Shown: positions 46,839 to 57,705, numbered from the stretch's first letter. The stretch: 64,000 nucleotides of DNA from an uncultured Methanosarcinales archaeon (GCA_964581515.1 CAZOOV010000008.1:24570-88569); one strand, 5' to 3'. The notes: generated by a model from the letters alone, not told the origin. Made by a program: numbers and translations.

Positions 46839-49800
46839 ATGAAATTAAGATATCTTTTGATGATAATACTTGTACTTTGTGCGATTGTTCTAGGTTCTGA
46901 AATAGACATAATGGAGACTGCGACACCTACTCTGGTAAGTGTTGAGATATATAATGAAGCTTCTACTGATGTTGTCTTGGCAGAAGAAGAACTTATTGGA
47001 AAAGAAATTATCATTGAGGAAGAAATTATTGAAGAAGTTGAGCCTGAGCAGAAAGTCATTGTTATCATGAAGGAAAAGAGAAGAGGAACTTCTGTTGCAT
47101 CTGCAAGTATTGGTGTTAGAAGCGTTAGAGAAGAAGTCGCTGATAAGATTGATGAAAGGAAGATTGAGCATGAGTTTAATACATTCAGAGGGTTCTCTGC
47201 AGAGCTTACTGAGAGTGAAATAGAAGAGCTTAAAGAAGATAGTGATGTTGAAGCTGTTGTTGTCGATCAGATGAGATATTTTGAGATGAGTGAGTCTCTT
47301 GGTGTGATAAATGCAACAGATGCATGGGCAATCCAGAAGAATGGAATCAATCTAACCGGTACAGGACAGAGTGTATGTGTTATAGATACTGGTGTTAATT
47401 ATCTTCACGATGATCTTGGTGGATGTCTTGGAGATGGTTGTAAGGTGGTTGGAGGATATAATACTTATCTTGAAAACGCTGATCCTATGGATTATAATGG
47501 ACATGGTACTCATGTTGCAGGAACAGTTGCAGCTAACGGAACAATACAAGGTGTTGCTCCTGGTGCAAATATAATTGCAATAAATGCTTATAATCATAAT
47601 TTAGGTGGTTTTTCTGATAGCGATATAATTCAAGGTATAGAATGGTGTATCAATAATGCATCTACATATAATATCTCAGTCATATCTATGAGTCTTGGAG
47701 GCAGTACAGGGTATTCAACATATTGTGATGCACAGCCTGGTGAAACCTCTTATGTTGCTCCTATTGCTGCTGCAACTGCTGCTGGGATAAGCGTAGTTAT
47801 AGCTAGCGGAAATGATGGATATTCATCAAAGATAGATAGCCCTGCATGTATTGCAAATGCTATCCCTATTGGAATGACTTATGATGCTTCATTTACAGGG
47901 ACATTATGCTGGGGCGGTGGAAGTTGTCCTGGTGGGAATACTTGTGATGATTCTAATGGTGATGTTGATGATGTTGTATGCGCAAGCAATAGAAATTCAA
48001 TAGTGCAGTTATTTGCTCCTGGCGCTCTGATAACTTCTACTTCATATAATCTAGGATATGAAGTCATGGGAGGAACTTCTATGGCAACACCACATGTAGC
48101 TGGTGCATTTGCTGTGATAAATCAATATCTTGTACTCAATGGTAGTTCAATGACTCCTTCAGAGATTGAATCATTGTTCAATAGCACAGGTGAACAAATA
48201 TATGATAGTGTATCTGGACTTTATTTCTCAAGGATTGATCTTTATTCTGCACTTAATAGCATTGTAGATGTTATACCTCCAAACATGAATCTTCTTACAC
48301 CATCAAGTGGAATAGCAACAAATAATAACAGCATTACAATCAATTTTACAGCTACTGATGATATAGATAGTATTCTTGCTTGTGATGTGTATATCAATAG
48401 TGTTCTGAATAATTCATTTAATGTCTCAAATGGCTCTTATGCTAATTATTCTGCTTATTATCCTGAGGGAAGTTATACTTGGTATGTGAATTGTACAGAT
48501 AATAATACTAATGTTAATATAAGTGAGATTAGGACTTTTAGCGTTGATAGGACAGCTCCTTTATTTGTTGATAGGATAAATGATCCAATGATGTATAGAA
48601 ATGACAGCGATTATATCTTAAATGTAACGGTTGTCGGCGATAATACCAGTGCAGTAATAATCTCTTTGTATAATGGTACATGGAATAATTTCTCTATGCA
48701 AAATAGTGGGACTAATTATTATTTTGCAAGCAGTGCAACATTTCAGATAGCAAGTAATACTCTTTATAATTATTATTTTTGGGGAAATGATTCACTCAAT
48801 AATATCAATTATACTGTTGCATCTAATTTTACTGTGATTGGAACTAGTGCTAGTCAAACAATTGCTAATACTCCCAATGTGAATATTGGTGATGATTATG
48901 ATGAAATCATTGTTCCAGAAAATTCAGTCTTAGAAAACGTTACAGTGAATTCTACAGGTGATGTTTATCTAAATCTTAGTAGTATAATATCAAATGATTC
49001 AGTAACAATACCTAATAATTTTACATTGATAAGGGAAGCAGTTGTGAATTATACTGCTTATATCCCTTCTGGTACAGAAGTACAGGGTCCAAGTGGTTGG
49101 AACGGTACAATAAATCTGCCGATTGTCAGAAATTCTTCTGATTATACAGCACCTTCAGGAGATGTTGAGGTTGTAGTTGATATGGGTTCAAGCATAAGAC
49201 TTAACTTTTCACAGGCTGTAAAGATAATCATTGGAAATATGTCTGGAAAAAGTGCTGCATGGACAAACGGGGCAGGAACACTTAGTGCAATATCAACAAC
49301 ATGTACTAGTGTTACAGTGCCAGGGATAAGTTCTGGTGAGTGTTCTATTGATAGTGGAAGTGATCTTTTGATATGGACATATCATTTTACTGAGTTTGCA
49401 GCTTATAGTCCGGCAAGTGGCGGTGATACATCTAGTGGCGGTGGTGGCGGTGGTGGTTCATCTTCATCTGTAACTGTCATGAATGTAACTGATGCTGTTG
49501 GACATGTAGTAGATGGTAAAGCAGGAAGGACTTATTCATTTTATATTGGAAAGGATAAGAAGACAATAAGAGTGCATAAGATTGTTTCAGGCTCTGTTGT
49601 ATTCATCGCTGAATCACCTAAGGCATTCTTTACTCTTGCTCCTGGACAGGATATAAGTGTTGATTTTGATAATGATAAGGTATATGACATTAATGTTGAA
49701 CTTTTATCTTTAATAGACTCAAAATATGCTGATTTTAAGGTGTATATAGGAGGTAGAGAACAAAAGAGAGAACTTGTTGCTTTTACAAATCCACTTGAAA

Positions 49801-50015
49801 CAGAAGAACCTGTTCAGATAGAGGGAGATATTGATGATACTCTCAATGTTTCATCAGGTGAAGTTGTAAAACAGCCAAGAAATATTAATACTGATTTGAT
49901 TATGGGTATTGTAATTACTGTTATAATATTTATTCTTGTTCTTGTAATGATGCTTGTTATTTATCTTGCAAGGAAAAATAGCAATGAAATTGAAATTGAA
50001 GAAAGATTAGATTAA
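46839..50015 (+). CDS. subtilisin-like serine protease (S8), surface-anchored
   Basis: Catalytic triad blocks VCVIDTGV (Asp), HGTHVAGTVAANG (His), GTSMATPHVAG (Ser). N-terminal signal and propeptide; long N-x-S/T-rich C-terminal region; Gly-rich linker; C-terminal TM plus basic tail. Confidence 0.85.
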   Translation: MKLRYLLMIILVLCAIVLGSEIDIMETATPTLVSVEIYNEASTDVVLAEEELIGKEIIIEEEIIEEVEPEQKVIVIMKEKRRGTSVASASIGVRSVREEVADKIDERKIEHEFNTFRGFSAELTESEIEELKEDSDVEAVVVDQMRYFEMSESLGVINATDAWAIQKNGINLTGTGQSVCVIDTGVNYLHDDLGGCLGDGCKVVGGYNTYLENADPMDYNGHGTHVAGTVAANGTIQGVAPGANIIAINAYNHNLGGFSDSDIIQGIEWCINNASTYNISVISMSLGGSTGYSTYCDAQPGETSYVAPIAAATAAGISVVIASGNDGYSSKIDSPACIANAIPIGMTYDASFTGTLCWGGGSCPGGNTCDDSNGDVDDVVCASNRNSIVQLFAPGALITSTSYNLGYEVMGGTSMATPHVAGAFAVINQYLVLNGSSMTPSEIESLFNSTGEQIYDSVSGLYFSRIDLYSALNSIVDVIPPNMNLLTPSSGIATNNNSITINFTATDDIDSILACDVYINSVLNNSFNVSNGSYANYSAYYPEGSYTWYVNCTDNNTNVNISEIRTFSVDRTAPLFVDRINDPMMYRNDSDYILNVTVVGDNTSAVIISLYNGTWNNFSMQNSGTNYYFASSATFQIASNTLYNYYFWGNDSLNNINYTVASNFTVIGTSASQTIANTPNVNIGDDYDEIIVPENSVLENVTVNSTGDVYLNLSSIISNDSVTIPNNFTLIREAVVNYTAYIPSGTEVQGPSGWNGTINLPIVRNSSDYTAPSGDVEVVVDMGSSIRLNFSQAVKIIIGNMSGKSAAWTNGAGTLSAISTTCTSVTVPGISSGECSIDSGSDLLIWTYHFTEFAAYSPASGGDTSSGGGGGGGSSSSVTVMNVTDAVGHVVDGKAGRTYSFYIGKDKKTIRVHKIVSGSVVFIAESPKAFFTLAPGQDISVDFDNDKVYDINVELLSLIDSKYADFKVYIGGREQKRELVAFTNPLETEEPVQIEGDIDDTLNVSSGEVVKQPRNINTDLIMGIVITVIIFILVLVMMLVIYLARKNSNEIEIEERLD

Positions 50016-50189
50016 TAATAAGATTAAGAATAAAATTGAGAGTAAAATTAGGAGTATAAGATTTCTAATAATTAAATTAATTAGGAGATGAAATTAAGGG
50101 ATAGATAGGTAGGTTAGAAAAATAAATGAAATAATGAATAGAGAAATAAATAAAGAAGATAAATAAAAAAATAAAATTAAATATAAAAT

Positions 50190-52289
50190 CTAATAAACCG
50201 GAATCTTTGTTGATGGTTCATTAAGTTCTATATTCTTTACCTTATGCAAGTCATCTAATGCATTGATCCTCAATAGCTTACTTGACTTGGTATAGAGCAT
50301 ATCTTCAATGTAGAGGCTTCTTTCTACTGCAGGTTGCCAGTAATATTCTGTTGCAGATGAATGATCTATCAAGCCTCTTAATTTAATCTCGTCTTGTTTT
50401 ATCTTAAAGACGAATGCTCCATTGTAGCTTTCTCCTTTGTCAGAGTAATCATAGCTGTATACAGGGATTACTAATAGCTCCTTATCTTTTGAGAATAAGA
50501 ACGCTTTATGTTCGTACATTGCACTAGATTGCACATAACGTTCATCTGTGACATACTGTGCTACTTCTTCAGGATTAGCTACATCGCTTACATCGAACAA
50601 TGATATCTTTAAGCCAGTTGTTCTTCCTGTCTCTGTTGCATCTTGTCCAATACCTATTATTGTATCTTCATCATATGGATGTAGGTATCTTGAGAATCCT
50701 GGAATCTTTAGTTCTCCAAGTTCTTTTATATTCTTTGGACTGCTTAAATCAATAACAAAGAAAGGATCAATCTGTCTGAATGTTACCATATATAGTCTTC
50801 CTAAGATGAATCTTGTTGAATATATCTGTTCACCACTAGCCATACCTTCAATGCTGTCAAGTTCATCAAGGTCCATGTCAAGCGTATAGATGTTGTTTTG
50901 TGACTCAGTCCTTGTACTGTCAAACCTTGACCATCTTGCACTTACAGTGGTTGCAATTCTTAAGACATCATTGTATTCGTCAAGTGAGAATTGGTTGATG
51001 ATATGGCCTGGGACTTTGCTGTTTGCTTCAGGCTTTACTTCATTATCATCTACTGCAATCCTATTGATTACTGTATATTCCATGTATTTTGTCTCATTAA
51101 GTTTCTTCTTGAGAAGTATTTCTGCTTTATCTTGAAGTTCATCTTGCTCATCACGGTCCATCCTTGAAAGGAATGTTGAATAGACTTGCCATATCTTGTT
51201 TTTCTTCTCATATTGAGACAAGACATCATTATCTGTAAGTTTTATCTTTTCTATAAGATTAATCTCTCTTTCAGATAATTCATCCTCTAGAAGTTCCATG
51301 GTAATCTGTTGCTGAAGTTCATATTCGCTTAAGTATTGCGTATAAGTTATGTAGATGTTTTCTTGTGACATATACATGTTTTGGCTTCCTTCTACAACTA
51401 CAGCAGTTGTACTTACATCTTCAGATGTATCATCAAGATTAATTGTATTAGTTATAACATACATTGGACTTTGATAATGGATGTCATAATAATAAATGCT
51501 ATTTAGAGAGACTGTTTTTATTTCACCTTCTTCTATGAATCTAGGTAAAGGTTGATCTACATAATATTGAGGATAAGTTGTAGTTATGAAGTAAACATAG
51601 TCTCCCTTCATCCTTGCTCTGAAATAACCACCTTCAAATTTGTATTCTTTCTCAAGTTCTGGATCATCTCTATCGCTGATATCATATACATTGAAGAATG
51701 ACATACTTGAATATGGTACAAAATCATATTTATCATAGTAATCATAGTCATAATCATTACCAAATACTGCAAGTGTATCGTCATTTATGAAAAGACTTGA
51801 TGGATTACTATCAAACTTAATTGTTGAAACTATCTCTGCATCTTCTCCTGGATATGCTTTGATTATGTATAATATATTGCTTGAAATTGTGTAAATGTAG
51901 TCTCCATCTGTCTTTATGATGTCTGCTTCATCTACTCCTTCTACTTGGATATTTGTTTCTGAAAAGTCAAGAGATTGTTCTTCGAAAGCAGCTCCTGATA
52001 CTGTTGGTGATATAGCCATATCTGCCATCATCTCTACTCCCATTCCTCTTCCCATTGATTTCATTGAATAAATATCATTATATCCTCCTGATGTGTCTTG
52101 TAGGAGATTTAATAATTCACTCTCATCCTTGAATTGTTTTGTATTGATATCTTTATCATAGTCAAATGAATATTCATCATAGGTGCCTGTACCTGTCGGT
52201 GTAGTGGTTCCTGGTTCAACAGGCTGGCATGCAGCTATGAATAATAAACTAATTATGGTTACACATAAAATCATGATCTTGTTTTTCAT
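50190..52289 (-). CDS. secreted lipoprotein-like protein (LFIAAC lipobox-like), beta-rich
   Basis: 699 aa; signal peptide ending ...SLLFIAACQP; Y/D-rich. Confidence 0.55.
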   Translation of the reverse strand: MKNKIMILCVTIISLLFIAACQPVEPGTTTPTGTGTYDEYSFDYDKDINTKQFKDESELLNLLQDTSGGYNDIYSMKSMGRGMGVEMMADMAISPTVSGAAFEEQSLDFSETNIQVEGVDEADIIKTDGDYIYTISSNILYIIKAYPGEDAEIVSTIKFDSNPSSLFINDDTLAVFGNDYDYDYYDKYDFVPYSSMSFFNVYDISDRDDPELEKEYKFEGGYFRARMKGDYVYFITTTYPQYYVDQPLPRFIEEGEIKTVSLNSIYYYDIHYQSPMYVITNTINLDDTSEDVSTTAVVVEGSQNMYMSQENIYITYTQYLSEYELQQQITMELLEDELSEREINLIEKIKLTDNDVLSQYEKKNKIWQVYSTFLSRMDRDEQDELQDKAEILLKKKLNETKYMEYTVINRIAVDDNEVKPEANSKVPGHIINQFSLDEYNDVLRIATTVSARWSRFDSTRTESQNNIYTLDMDLDELDSIEGMASGEQIYSTRFILGRLYMVTFRQIDPFFVIDLSSPKNIKELGELKIPGFSRYLHPYDEDTIIGIGQDATETGRTTGLKISLFDVSDVANPEEVAQYVTDERYVQSSAMYEHKAFLFSKDKELLVIPVYSYDYSDKGESYNGAFVFKIKQDEIKLRGLIDHSSATEYYWQPAVERSLYIEDMLYTKSSKLLRINALDDLHKVKNIELNEPSTKIPVY

Positions 52290-52320
52290 TTTGATTGCCT
52301 CCTAATATTTTTTTATTTTT

Positions 52321-53334
52321 TTATTGGAATATATTTGTTAACCAGTCTAGGAATTTATTCCATGTATTTTGCTCTGGTATTTCTTCTATTTCTTCTATAT
52401 TAGTATTATCTCTATCTGTGTTATCTATTGGTTTTTTATCATTACCAATATCATTTGTATCTTCTGGTTCTCCACATTTGTATATGGGACATCCATCTTT
52501 ATAATATTCTCCACTTTCATAAACTGGTTCACATAATGGCATCATGCATAGTTTTTCTTTTACTTCTTTTATATCTTCTTCTGTTGTTTTCTCTTCTGTT
52601 GTCCTTGCGTCTTTTGTTGCTTCTACATATTTTATCTTGAAAAGGTCTATTAGCATCTCACTAGTTACGTCCTTACTTGATACGGTTCTGTAATTGAGAT
52701 TTAAGTCTGTTAATACTTTTTGCAGTTCATCTGAGAAAAGAATCTGTTTTTGTGTTAAACTTTCACCTTTGATTATTATTGCTTCATTGCTGTAAAAAGC
52801 AAGTGTTATCTTATATTCTAATTCTCGTGCATTGACTTCATTGAATGTGAATGTTGAGTTTGGTCTTTCATAACCATTATCTTCCAATTTGAAAGCAATA
52901 TCTGTGAATGTTGTTATATCTGATATCGCTGCACTTTCATCAATACCCATGCCAAAATAAGGTATGCTTTTCTTATTATGTTTTAATTCAAATATTGCAA
53001 AGTATTCTTGGTTTATCTTTGATATTCCATTTAATCTTAATGTGATGCTCTCAAAAACTTTGTTTGATTCTAATGCATAAGTCTCTCCAGTTGATAGTAG
53101 ACCACTGTCCTCTGCATTTACACTGATTTTTGCTTTTCTATCTTCAAGATCATCAGCCATCGTTATATCTTCAATTGTAATCTCATAAGCATAATTATCG
53201 AGTACATATGTTTTGGTACTTCCTTCTTTAACCTGGTCATTAATAACATCATTATAATTTTCGCCTAATACAACTGTACTTGTAGATATTATCATGATTA
53301 TCATGAAAGTTAATATGTAAATTATTTTTTTCAT
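52321..53334 (-). CDS. secreted protein with one copy of a Cys-rich module shared with 55398..57179
   Basis: Signal peptide. Segment CMMPLCEPVYESGEYYKDGCPIYKCGEPED parallels CKMPACEGAYETGEYYENGCAVYKCPPEP in the 621-aa protein. Confidence 0.5.
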   Translation of the reverse strand: MKKIIYILTFMIIMIISTSTVVLGENYNDVINDQVKEGSTKTYVLDNYAYEITIEDITMADDLEDRKAKISVNAEDSGLLSTGETYALESNKVFESITLRLNGISKINQEYFAIFELKHNKKSIPYFGMGIDESAAISDITTFTDIAFKLEDNGYERPNSTFTFNEVNARELEYKITLAFYSNEAIIIKGESLTQKQILFSDELQKVLTDLNLNYRTVSSKDVTSEMLIDLFKIKYVEATKDARTTEEKTTEEDIKEVKEKLCMMPLCEPVYESGEYYKDGCPIYKCGEPEDTNDIGNDKKPIDNTDRDNTNIEEIEEIPEQNTWNKFLDWLTNIFQ

Positions 53335-54239
53335 TCAGAGTCACCTTTTTTTACTGCTTTTTTGATTAGCTCAATAATTATTATTAGAATTATGACAAAA
53401 ATGCATCCAGCTAAGAACCACAGTGCATAATTTGGTATTGTTTGTGCAATTTCGGGTGTTTTGTCTACTGTTGTTTTGACAGCTTCATTAATCGCTTCGG
53501 GTGCTACATCAGATACTTTGGATATTGTATTGTTTAATGCAGGAGCTACTGTATCTGCTGCAATGTTTTCTGCAGCATTTGTAGCAGCTGTTGAGGCTAC
53601 TTCTTCTGCTCCTGTGGCTGCAGTGGTTGCTACTATCTCTTGTGCACCTGTTGTAGCTGCAGCTGCAGTAGAATCAGCAACTTCTTGAATTACTTGTTTT
53701 CCTCCTTCTCTTGCAATGTCATATTGAGCAGTATCTCCAACTGATTTCATTGCAGATCCTGAAGCTCTTCTGAAGTAATTTTGATATATATGTATAAATG
53801 CAGTGCCTACAAGACTTACTAATGCAATAGGTAGTAATGATCTTAATTTACTCTTGAGTCCCTTAGTACTGACATTTTTTGGTGCTATTATTATATATTG
53901 ATTTGCTAACTTGTAATGATTTACTTCTTTTCCTCTCTTAGAATAATGATATTCTTCTGCAACAACAAGTCCGCTCTTTATTAATTGCTGAAGATTGTAG
54001 TGTACAGTAGAAAGCGGAATATTCAAGTGCTCTGAAAGTTCTGTCTCGGTTGATTCTTTATCAGCATCAGCTAGGTAATCTAATATCTTCCTGCTTGTCT
54101 CATTTGTTATGACTTGAGCGACTTGTTTAGCTTGGTCCTCTTCAAGATTAATTAATAATAGTTTTTTTCTTGCCATAATGAGTATAAATTGGGTGGTTTT
54201 TAAATATATATCTTTGACTTCAAATTGATTTGAAGTCAT
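53331..54239 (-). CDS. membrane-anchored winged-helix (ArsR-like) transcriptional regulator
   Basis: wHTH (SRKILDYLADADKESTETELSEHLNIPLSTVHYNLQQLIKSGLV), central TM, Ala/Thr-rich repeats, C-terminal TM. Start may be internal (MARKKLLL). Confidence 0.5.
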   Translation of the reverse strand: MTSNQFEVKDIYLKTTQFILIMARKKLLLINLEEDQAKQVAQVITNETSRKILDYLADADKESTETELSEHLNIPLSTVHYNLQQLIKSGLVVAEEYHYSKRGKEVNHYKLANQYIIIAPKNVSTKGLKSKLRSLLPIALVSLVGTAFIHIYQNYFRRASGSAMKSVGDTAQYDIAREGGKQVIQEVADSTAAAATTGAQEIVATTAATGAEEVASTAATNAAENIAADTVAPALNNTISKVSDVAPEAINEAVKTTVDKTPEIAQTIPNYALWFLAGCIFVIILIIIIELIKKAVKKGDSE

Positions 54240-54287
54240 ATTGAGCTTAATTGTGTTTAATTTGTCCTATATTTTGTTGTAATGTAA

Positions 54288-55190
54288 TTATAATAATATA
54301 CTGACTAATACTAGAGTCATCAGATTGCCAAAAAGCAATGTGATAATGAATCCTATAAGGAAGCTTGGTATGAATGGGATTCCTACTTTGACTGCAATCT
54401 TGCTTATTTTGTATTTCTTTAAAAGAGCTATTTGAGCTTTGCTTATTCCGAGGTCTTTTGGACCTGTAATATATTTGCCTTTATGTCTGATTTCTTTGTC
54501 TATCCAGTCTCCTTCTGTAACTTTTGATGGAGGTAGCATAACAACCATGCTACTTCTTTCAACACTTTTTGCGAAGATATAAGCATATATTGTACCAATA
54601 CATAATGCAGCTAGTGTAATAAATATAAATGCAAAATCTTTAAAGAAAAAACTACAGATAATTAGTATGATTGCTGCAATGATGCATGATCTTTTCATGA
54701 CTTTTGCATTTGAGGAAGCTTTTTTCCATGATTTGACAAATTTTTTCTTATTTTTAATACCTAAAACTATGCTCCATATTAAGCCAAATAATGAACCTGC
54801 TATGAATGCGTTTATTATGAATGATACAAGTAGGCTGTTGAGTATTCCATAAACGCTGACTGGTATTATCTTAAGTCCAAATAAAATACCTAGCCCCATC
54901 ATCATTTTGCTGTCTCCTCCACCCCATTGGCCAGCATAAAACATTCCTAGGGCGATTGCCATTGCAATAAGAAATCCTATAAAACCATCTAGTATTATCA
55001 TTGGATTGAGCGTGATTGCTGCAAATAGAAGTCTTAATGCAATCGCTGAGATAAAAAGACCATAATTGACCATATCTGCGACTTCTCTTTTTTGGAAATC
55101 TGTTATTGAGCCAATTGTCATGACTACTAATGCCAAGATTACCATTATAAGATTATATGAGCTTTGTGCTATTAGGTCTAATATAAACAT
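54288..55190 (-). CDS. A24-family prepilin/preflagellin peptidase (PibD/FlaK-like)
   Basis: Asp in TM1 context (ITDFQKREVAD) and second catalytic Asp in GGGDSKMM; multi-TM; 300 aa with C-terminal extension. Confidence 0.7.
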   Translation of the reverse strand: MFILDLIAQSSYNLIMVILALVVMTIGSITDFQKREVADMVNYGLFISAIALRLLFAAITLNPMIILDGFIGFLIAMAIALGMFYAGQWGGGDSKMMMGLGILFGLKIIPVSVYGILNSLLVSFIINAFIAGSLFGLIWSIVLGIKNKKKFVKSWKKASSNAKVMKRSCIIAAIILIICSFFFKDFAFIFITLAALCIGTIYAYIFAKSVERSSMVVMLPPSKVTEGDWIDKEIRHKGKYITGPKDLGISKAQIALLKKYKISKIAVKVGIPFIPSFLIGFIITLLFGNLMTLVLVSILL

Positions 55191-55397
55191 AATATTATCC
55201 TGGAACTAGCTTTTTATAAAGTTTTGTGAGAATTTCGAGATTAAAAAGAGTAGAATAGAGTAGAATAAGAGAAATTAAGAGAAATAAAAAGAAATAAAAA
55301 AAGAAATAAAGAGAAATAAAAAGAAATTATGAGAAATAAAGAAAAGAATAGAAAAAGAAAAATAAAAAAAAGAATAAAAACTAGTTCAGTTTGAAAA

Positions 55398-57179
55398 CTA
55401 GAACAGTTTGCTTATCCAGCTAAGGAATGTCTGCCACGCACTTGAACTGACACATTCACTGTCAATACAAAGATTAGTGGAACACTCATAGTTGTTGTTG
55501 CATGAGTCTCCTTCTTGACTTTGCTTATTCCATTCAAAGTCAATGCCACAAAATACAGCCTTATCGTCAAGATTTAATCTTGTTCCTTGTGTTAGGCATC
55601 TGTCTTTGTATTCACAACCTTGTTCACATACAGGTGGTTCTGGGTCATCTATACAAATATAGATTGGACAATCGTACTTGTCGTATTTTCCTGTAAACTC
55701 AAGATCTTCGCAGACAGGTACACTGCAGACATTGTTGCCTTTTACAATTTTGAATTTTGCACTTACTGTATGTATAATTGGTGGTTCAACCATACAATCT
55801 ATTACAGTATTGCTATCACTATCTGCGGTTATATTGCTGTTTTGTTCTTTTCTGGTACTAGTCACTCCGCAATCATATGGCAATGTTGGGTCTATGTCAT
55901 AATAATTGAAGTTGAGTTCATATGTACCTATCGGTACTTGTTTGCCACTAGATATATGATTCGTATATACTTCTGTAATCTCTTTTGTTGTTCCTTCTAT
56001 GATCTCTTCTTTAGAATCATACTCAATAGTATTATACACTACGGTATCATAATCTTTTGTGATTTCTTCTTTTATCTCTTCTTCGACTTCATATACTTCT
56101 ACATTAGATTCTTCTATGTCATAATCATCTGTCTCATATACTTCAATATTATAATCATCTATTTCTTCATCTATATCATATGTTATGTCATATTCTTCTC
56201 TACAATTGTCATCATAGCTGTATTCTATCTGATTCCATGTATCTATGATTTTTGTCTCTCCTGGTTCTATCTCACCGATTCCAAATACAGTTGGTCTTGG
56301 AAGACATAGATCCAACAATAACAATTTTCTTGCATTTATTGTGTTGACATATTCTTTTGTCTGGTATATTTGGTATGCACTCTTTGGTGTTGCAGAGTTC
56401 ATTGAGTAAAATATTGAATGTTTATTGTTGTTCTTGACTTTGATATTTATCTTATTGCCTTGTTCATAGTCATCTTTAAGCAAAACTTCAACTTCAACTG
56501 GCTCTGGTGGACATTTGTAGACTGCACAACCATTCTCGTAATATTCTCCTGTCTCATATGCACCTTCACATGCAGGCATTTTACATACTTGGGTTTCGCA
56601 TGAGTAAATTGGACAATTGTATTCATCATATCCGTGGATGATCATATTTCCTTCACATATAGGTTCTATACATGAATATGTTATTTCTTCACATATATAA
56701 TTGGGACAATTATATTCATCATATCCAGTTATAATGAGCTCTCCATTACAGACTGGTTCTGCACATGCAATCTCTATGCATTCATATTCTGGACAACCAT
56801 TATTATCATAATATCCTGTTGTGTAGCAATTCTCTGATGCAGGAACTGAGCAGGCAATGTCTTCGTCTACATCTTCTATCATAATGCATTCGCCGTCTTT
56901 ACAACCATTGGGACAATCGTAAAAAACAACATCAGCCATGCCATCATTCCTACAGTAGTTCTCCTCTAGCATGCTTGGGAACAATTCATCATCATCAGGC
57001 ATACACCTATCTATATTATTGAAAGGCAATCCATAAACATCTGTTGAGTTTATTGTGCCTGTATTATAATAATCCATACCATCATCATTTTCAATACACT
57101 GTGCAAATACTACATTTATCATCATCAATATAAGTCCGAATGCGAACATTATTTTTTTTATTCTTCTCATTTTTTTCAT
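55398..57179 (-). CDS. secreted Cys-rich repeat protein
   Basis: Signal peptide (MKKMRRIKKIMFAFGLILMMINVVFA; SD-like GAGGGG upstream). At least five repeats of C-x-xP-x-C-[EN]-G-x5-G-Y-D-E-Y-N-C-P-x-Y-x-C. Acidic Y/D/E-rich central region. Confidence 0.55.
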   Translation of the reverse strand: MKKMRRIKKIMFAFGLILMMINVVFAQCIENDDGMDYYNTGTINSTDVYGLPFNNIDRCMPDDDELFPSMLEENYCRNDGMADVVFYDCPNGCKDGECIMIEDVDEDIACSVPASENCYTTGYYDNNGCPEYECIEIACAEPVCNGELIITGYDEYNCPNYICEEITYSCIEPICEGNMIIHGYDEYNCPIYSCETQVCKMPACEGAYETGEYYENGCAVYKCPPEPVEVEVLLKDDYEQGNKINIKVKNNNKHSIFYSMNSATPKSAYQIYQTKEYVNTINARKLLLLDLCLPRPTVFGIGEIEPGETKIIDTWNQIEYSYDDNCREEYDITYDIDEEIDDYNIEVYETDDYDIEESNVEVYEVEEEIKEEITKDYDTVVYNTIEYDSKEEIIEGTTKEITEVYTNHISSGKQVPIGTYELNFNYYDIDPTLPYDCGVTSTRKEQNSNITADSDSNTVIDCMVEPPIIHTVSAKFKIVKGNNVCSVPVCEDLEFTGKYDKYDCPIYICIDDPEPPVCEQGCEYKDRCLTQGTRLNLDDKAVFCGIDFEWNKQSQEGDSCNNNYECSTNLCIDSECVSSSAWQTFLSWISKLF

Positions 57180-57303
57180 TTTTCTCCCCTCGTCAATAAT
57201 CTTGAAACAATTTTTTGTTATGAAGGTATAAAATGAAGCGGATTTTATATAGCCTGGGTACACTGCAAATTGACTTGAAGTTATAGAAAAAGTGTTTTGT
57301 TAT

Positions 57304-57705
57304 CTATGCAGCTCTTCTGATGAAGCCTTCTATGTCCTTTATTGCGTCTTCAACTTCTCTTTTGAGGACTTTTCTTGGTTTTTGGCCTTTATCTTCATCT
57401 TCTCTTGCCTGAAATATTTCAGAACCTACCTGGATAATGACTCTGATTGCTCTGTGTCCTTCTTTATCGCGATCATTATCAGGTTTTACAAGAATGGTAA
57501 TCTCTTTGCCTAATTTGTTATTTTCTGATATTTTACAGAAAAATGAGCAATATTGTGAATGTTTGTTGATATAGCCATATTTTACTTTTGTAAAGTCATT
57601 TGTTATATTGAATTTATGGAGAATTCTGTCAATCTCATGATGCAATCTCTTAAGATATCGTCTTTTTTTGAGCTCTTTTGCTACTTCTTTTAATAATGGA
57701 TCCAT
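57304..57705 (-). CDS. hypothetical protein
   Basis: 133-aa ORF. Confidence 0.4.
   Translation of the reverse strand: MDPLLKEVAKELKKRRYLKRLHHEIDRILHKFNITNDFTKVKYGYINKHSQYCSFFCKISENNKLGKEITILVKPDNDRDKEGHRAIRVIIQVGSEIFQAREDEDKGQKPRKVLKREVEDAIKDIEGFIRRAA

Noticed and set aside
55620-56309. 229-aa plus-strand F/I/Y-rich ORF
   Set aside because: Antisense of the Cys-rich repeat protein gene; composition driven by AT bias.
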